A stretch of DNA of 12,851 nt, taken from contig JBJCIZ010001180.1 in the NCBI GenBank assembly GCA_051294375.1, positions 1 through 12,851 of the forward strand, given 5' to 3'. The translations under genes and the position numbers were made by a program. Positions within the stretch are counted from its first letter, which is position 1; each line of letters starts with the position of its first letter. Shown in pieces: positions 8,645 to 12,851 of the stretch. A model generated the notes under the pieces. The model was not told the origin of the DNA. It ran no database searches and saw nothing but the letters and a program-made list of their open reading frames with translations. The stretch is from Paraspadella gotoi (taxonomy: Eukaryota > Animalia > Chaetognatha).

Positions 8645-9808
8645 ATGGCTGATGCTGCTGCCGCTCCCGATCTTAGTCGCGAGAAAGCGGCATCCTCTAT
8701 TCCGATTGACAGCTTCGACTCGGAGAATGACGATTTTGAAGAATGGGTTGAGCTCTTTGAGCGGGCTGTGTCCTTGGCCACTAACCCAGCTAACAATAAT
8801 AGGAAAAATGCATTGTGTCTTCATTGGCTTCCATTAAAACTTGATGAACGTGCTCGTGGTGTGTTTAAATTAGCAACAGGTGACAATTACATGACTGTCA
8901 AAGGTGAAATGATAAACCTATTGAATGACCCACAGGAAGCCTACCGTTGGCAAGCTAAAAAGTCAACGATTGAATGGGATGGTAAGGAATCTCTGCATCA
9001 CTTAGCTGCACGCATTATCAAAAAAGTTACCAAACACGACAAAGATTTAGGTGATGTGCCGAGAGCGCGCGAATTATTTTTTAGATTTCGTATGGCTCTC
9101 CCGAAAGCTTATCGCGACGCAATTGATCTTGGTTGCGGTGAGGACAAACGCACAATAGATGAAGCAAAGAAAGTAGCTTTGCGTTTACAACTGACTCGTG
9201 AAGATGATGTAGAGAAATCTAAATCCGAAAAGTCTGTTACCTTTACAGGTGCAGCAATGGCGGATGACCGTATTTCGGAGGTCGAGCGGGCAATTGCTGG
9301 ATTATCTACTAAAGTAGAAAATTTGGTTTCCGAAGTCAAGGAAAGTAGGAAAAGAAAAGACGATGGATATGACAGGAGTAGAAGAGATCGCGAAAGGTAT
9401 CCTAGTAAGTACCCTAGTTCGCGTAGTCCTTCATTTTCTGACTCAGGACGTGATAACAGATCTTTTCGAAGGGATTCCTATCGAAATAGAAGCAGTAGCT
9501 ATGAAAGTCGCGATAGATATGGAAGATATGATCGCAATAGAGATCGCCGTCCAGATAGTTATCGCCGCCGCGATGATCGTCGCAAAGATGATCGCCGCCG
9601 TGATTCTCCTCGTAGCGACCGCGACCGTGGCAGAGACCGTAGTCGCGATAGCTACCGTTCTCTTAATACGTCGGATGAGGATAGCGGCCCAAATGCAAGT
9701 GAAACTGAAGCGATTCATGAGTTTTTAAAAGCACGAAGGAAAGCTAAATCTAAGAGTAGATCTAAAGCAAATTGTAGCTCTCCTTCTGAAGCTTCCTCGT
9801 CAAACTGA
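8645..9808 (+). CDS. gag: Gag-like protein (capsid-like N-terminal half, coiled coil, R/D/S-rich C-terminal tail)
   Basis: A 387-aa ORF directly upstream of pol. The N-terminal FDSENDDFEEWVELFERAV...LHWLPLKLDERARGVF and later KESLHHLAARI...ELFFRFRMALP resemble retrotransposon Gag capsid patterns. There is no CX2CX4HX4C motif. Confidence 0.85.
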   Translation: MADAAAAPDLSREKAASSIPIDSFDSENDDFEEWVELFERAVSLATNPANNNRKNALCLHWLPLKLDERARGVFKLATGDNYMTVKGEMINLLNDPQEAYRWQAKKSTIEWDGKESLHHLAARIIKKVTKHDKDLGDVPRARELFFRFRMALPKAYRDAIDLGCGEDKRTIDEAKKVALRLQLTREDDVEKSKSEKSVTFTGAAMADDRISEVERAIAGLSTKVENLVSEVKESRKRKDDGYDRSRRDRERYPSKYPSSRSPSFSDSGRDNRSFRRDSYRNRSSSYESRDRYGRYDRNRDRRPDSYRRRDDRRKDDRRRDSPRSDRDRGRDRSRDSYRSLNTSDEDSGPNASETEAIHEFLKARRKAKSKSRSKANCSSPSEASSSN

Positions 9809-12406
9809 AAAACGATCCTGCCTTGGGTCAGGCAGAGATCGGCGAGGAAGTGACCCCTGATATAAAACCAAAATGGAAAGCTGAATTTAGGATTAGGATT
9901 GAAGGTAAAAGTATCACTACTCTTGGTGATACGGGATGTACTAAAAGCTGCATTAGCGAAGAATTTTTGAGAGATAACCCTTCTATAAAAGACCGTAGCT
10001 TTCGCCCCTTTTCTTCTAAGGGCAAAGCTATAAACGGCACTCGTGTACTTACTGTTGGGATAGTTAATGTAAAATTTAGAATAGACAATACCTACCTTCG
10101 TATAAATTGTAGAGTAGTTAAAGGATTGGTCCAGCCCATTATTCTGGGTTGGGACTTCTTCTCAAAATACAATGCCTACCTTTGCCCTTCTGAAGGACAA
10201 CTAAGATTCCTTGGCAATCGCTCTGTCCCCCTTATTGAGGACTCACACCAAATCGCCGGTTGTTATTATCAAGTACCAGAAGATACTGTAATCCCTGGCT
10301 TATCAAAAATGCACTTAGATGCAGAGCTCAAACTCGATAATAAATATGCACAACGAGCAACCAAGACCGTCATTACTGACCCCTTCCTCAACCATGGTGG
10401 ACATGTTTGGGCATGTAGAGCTTGTGCCTACGTGGAGGAAGGGCGATTCATGACTGAACTCATTAATTGTAGCCCAGTGAGCATGAAATTGCCAGCTGGT
10501 CACATTCTTGGTTATGCTGAATTTTCTGACGATGAAACCTTCAACAAAACCTCTCTCGAAACCGACATGCTCTGTAGTTACTCTTCAGCTGACTCTGNNN
10601 NNNNNNNAGGCATTGATGAACAGTTCGAAAACGATGTTGACTTGGAAGAGATTCAGGTTGATCCTTCACCTGAGGTCACCCCCAAGGCGACCGATCCACC
10701 GTCACCCCCCCCAAAAGTGGAAAATGATATTCCTCCTGGTGCCAAGAAGCTTACGATAAGCTATGCTGGCCTAGCTAGAGAAGCTATGCCCTATCAAGAT
10801 CAACTTAAAAACCTTCTCGAGAAAAAGCATGAAAAAGTTTTCTCCAAACATAATCGAGACTACGGAAGAACAAATCTTATCCAATATCGGGCAAATCTTA
10901 AGGACAGGGACGCTCCGCCTATTGCAGTCCCACCTTACCGCACTAGACCCGAGATGCGGGATGTCATAGACAAGCAGGCTTTTGAGATGATTGCAGACGG
11001 GCTTATTAGTCATTCGACGAGCCCTTATTCTGCTCCGATCTTGCTTGTCAAAATGAAATCTGGTGGATGGAGATTTTTAACTGATTTCAGAAGAATCAAT
11101 GAAAGGTGTAATAAAGTAGTCTACCCCTTGCCAAGAATTGAAGACTCCATCCAACGCCTTGATAATCCCAAAATTTTTACCTCTTTAGACCTAACAAAAG
11201 GATTTTGGCAAATTCCAATTCACCCTGATGACCGAAAATTTTTTGCATTTTCTACAGAATCTATGCACCTGGAATACCAAGTGGCCCCAATGGGAGCCAA
11301 GAACTCACCCAGCTGCCTTAGTTCTTTGATGCAGCTTGTGTTGAGAGGCCTACCTCCACAGCACATAATAAGTTATATGGATGATATATTAGTCGCAGAC
11401 AATAACATGGAGGATCACCTCAGACNNNNNNNNNNAGTGCTTACTGCCTTAGGAGGAGCTGGTCTTAAACTTAACCCTTCTAAATGCAAGTTCGCTCAAG
11501 AGTCAGTAGTCTGTCTTGGACACAGACTATCTCGTGATGGTATTGCTCCAGATCCCACAAACGTAGAGAAAATTCGTTCCTGGAAACCACCTGAAAATGT
11601 TAAACGCCTAAAAACATTTCTAGGCCTTACAGGCTATTACCGCCAATATGTTAAAAACTATAGCAAAATTGCTCAGCCTCTTTCAGATTTAACCCATGAT
11701 GGTGCCGAATGGAATTGGAAAGAAGAACAACAAAAAGCCTTTGATGATCTTAAACATATTTTAGTCTCTGACAAAATTATGAACTACCCAGACTTTTCTA
11801 AACCCTTTATAATCAAAAGTGACGCATCCCTTTCTGCTATAGGCTACGTCCTAACGCAAAAGTTTGACGGTAAAGAGCGAGTCATATCCTATGGCTCGAA
11901 AAAGTTGTCTAAGCCACAACAAAAATGGTCAACTTATGACCGTGAGTTTTTCGCCCTCCTTTCAGCTATTCGGGCAAATTNNNNNNNNNNTTAGACATGC
12001 CTCCTTTATCGCTATTACTGACCACAGACCTTTGTTGTCGTGGAAGAAAGTTGATGCCAAAAAGGATGCTACCGGCAGACGCACAAGATGGGCTATTGAA
12101 TTAGATCAGTATGATTTTGAACTTCTCTACAAACAAGGCAAGATCCACTTAGACGCGGATGCCATGAGTAGGAGAGGTGAGGAAGATGAAGTACCCTGCG
12201 AGGAAGACGAATATGCTCTTTTGGAAGATAATGAAGAATGGGCCCTTCTAGGCATAAATGAGATTGATGAATCAGTAGCGGCTAAGCTGAATTCCNNNNN
12301 NNNNNNNNNNNNNAAAGATGCCTTAGCCCTCAGGGAGGCCCAGGTACGTCATACATATGTGAAGATAATAAAGGAAAGAAAGTACGCCGAAACCGCGAAC
12401 AACTAA
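9790..12406 (+). CDS. pol: Pol polyprotein: aspartic protease, spacer, reverse transcriptase, RNase H; frame change across an N gap; integrase core not seen
   Basis: Protease LGDTGCTKSCIS (DTG at 9928-9936) and IILGWDFF. RT YMDD at 11374-11385. RNase H SDASLSAIGYVL (DAS at 11821-11829) and STYDREFFALL, then in the next frame after the 11981-11990 gap ITDHRPL...RWAIELDQYDFELLYKQGKIHLDADAMSR. The TTG start at 9823 in the ORF track is not a likely true start. Confidence 0.93.
9799..9856 (+). promoter_or_regulatory. Candidate -1 programmed ribosomal frameshift cassette (G_TCA_AAC_TGA, 7-nt spacer, H-type pseudoknot)
   Basis: pol is in the -1 frame relative to gag, is open only from 9790 (overlap 9790-9808) and lacks an early ATG. 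Stem 1 pairs 9813-9823 CGATCCTGCCT with 9830-9841 AGGCAG(A)GATCG. Loop bases GGGTC (9825-9829) are complementary to GACCC (9852-9856). Confidence 0.72.
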
Positions 12407-12437
12407 AAATCGTAAATGCAAAGTACAATGAATTAAT

Positions 12438-12631
12438 NNNNNNNNNNNNNNNNNNNNNNNNNNNNNNNNNNNNNNNNNNNNNNNNNNNNNNNNNNNNNNN
12501 NNNNNNNNNNNNNNNNNNNNNNNNNNNNNNNNNNNNNNNNNNNNNNNNNNNNNNNNNNNNNNNNNNNNNNNNNNNNNNNNNNNNNNNNNNNNNNNNNNNN
12601 NNNNNNNNNNNNNNNNNNNNNNNNNNNNNNN
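12438..12631. other. Assembly gap (194 N); smaller gaps at 7048-7057, 10598-10607, 11426-11435, 11981-11990 and 12296-12313
   Basis: Runs of N seen directly in the sequence. Confidence 0.99.
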
Positions 12632-12632
12632 A

Positions 12633-12851
12633 AATGATTTTGATATTCCTTCTAGTCTGTTTGCAGTCATAAATGGTTCAAATAACAGAGACATTCCCCC
12701 CACTATGGCCCAACCACATTTAGTGGAAGAAACTTTACCCATCCTTGCACAAATCCCAGCTATCCCACTACCCGACTTTCGAGATGAAGAAGATCTTATG
12801 CCTGAAGTGCAAGACCCTCAGGATGCATTAGATGATAATGTTTTCTATCCG
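12633..12851 (+). CDS. Partial open frame (73 aa, Pro/acidic-rich), possibly the disordered C-terminal tail of Pol/integrase
   Basis: Manual translation gives NDFDIPSSLFAVINGSNNRDIPPTMAQPHLVEETLPILAQIPAIPLPDFRDEEDLMPEVQDPQDALDDNVFYP with no stop from the gap to the window end, on the same strand as pol. It is missing from the ORF track, probably because it has no stop. Assignment to pol is inference. Confidence 0.42.

Larger units (their letters stand above)
6760..12851 (+). mobile_element. Ty3/Gypsy (Metaviridae-like) LTR retrotransposon, internal region; 5' LTR essentially absent, 3' part incomplete or gapped
   Basis: A PBS-like site is followed by gag and by pol with domain order protease-RT-RNase H, with no integrase between protease and RT (Gypsy-type, not Copia). 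RT motifs PYSAPILLVK, WRFLTDFRRIN, YPLPRIED, LDLTKGFWQI and YMDD are Gypsy-like. The element boundaries are approximate. Confidence 0.92.

Noticed and set aside
9109-9728. Overlapping ORFs 9363-9728 (+), 9443-9718 (-) and 9109-9339 (-), rich in Ile/Ala/Val or Ser
   Set aside because: These are shadow frames of gag, mainly of its low-complexity CGC/GAT/AGA codons, with no independent evidence of coding.
11981-11994. Inactivating frameshift or stop in RNase H
   Set aside because: The frame change coincides with a 10-N gap, and a true gap of 9 nt would restore the frame, so it cannot be called real without gap closure.
12323-12742. 139-aa minus-strand ORF
   Set aside because: Nearly half of it is N gap, so it is an artefact.

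Overview
This is eukaryotic repetitive DNA, probably from an invertebrate, with several N gaps; no prokaryotic genes are evident. Bases 1-379 are a non-repetitive, possibly LTR-terminal fragment. Bases 380-~6759 are an AT-rich tandem satellite of about 12.5 copies of a ~505-bp monomer. Each monomer is built from ~40-49-bp subunits, and the monomers show a ~2-kb four-monomer higher-order periodicity. The satellite abuts the internal region of a Ty3/Gypsy LTR retrotransposon on the + strand. That region has a tRNA-Gly-like primer-binding site (6768), a ~1-kb leader, an extra 260-aa ORF of unknown function upstream of gag (7779-8561), and a gag (8645-9808) with an Arg/Asp/Ser-rich tail instead of a CCHC knuckle. 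A candidate -1 frameshift signal follows (A_AAC_UGA plus an H-type pseudoknot, 9799-9856), then pol (protease, RT with YMDD, RNase H), which breaks off before any visible integrase core. The short ORFs called in the satellite are artefacts.
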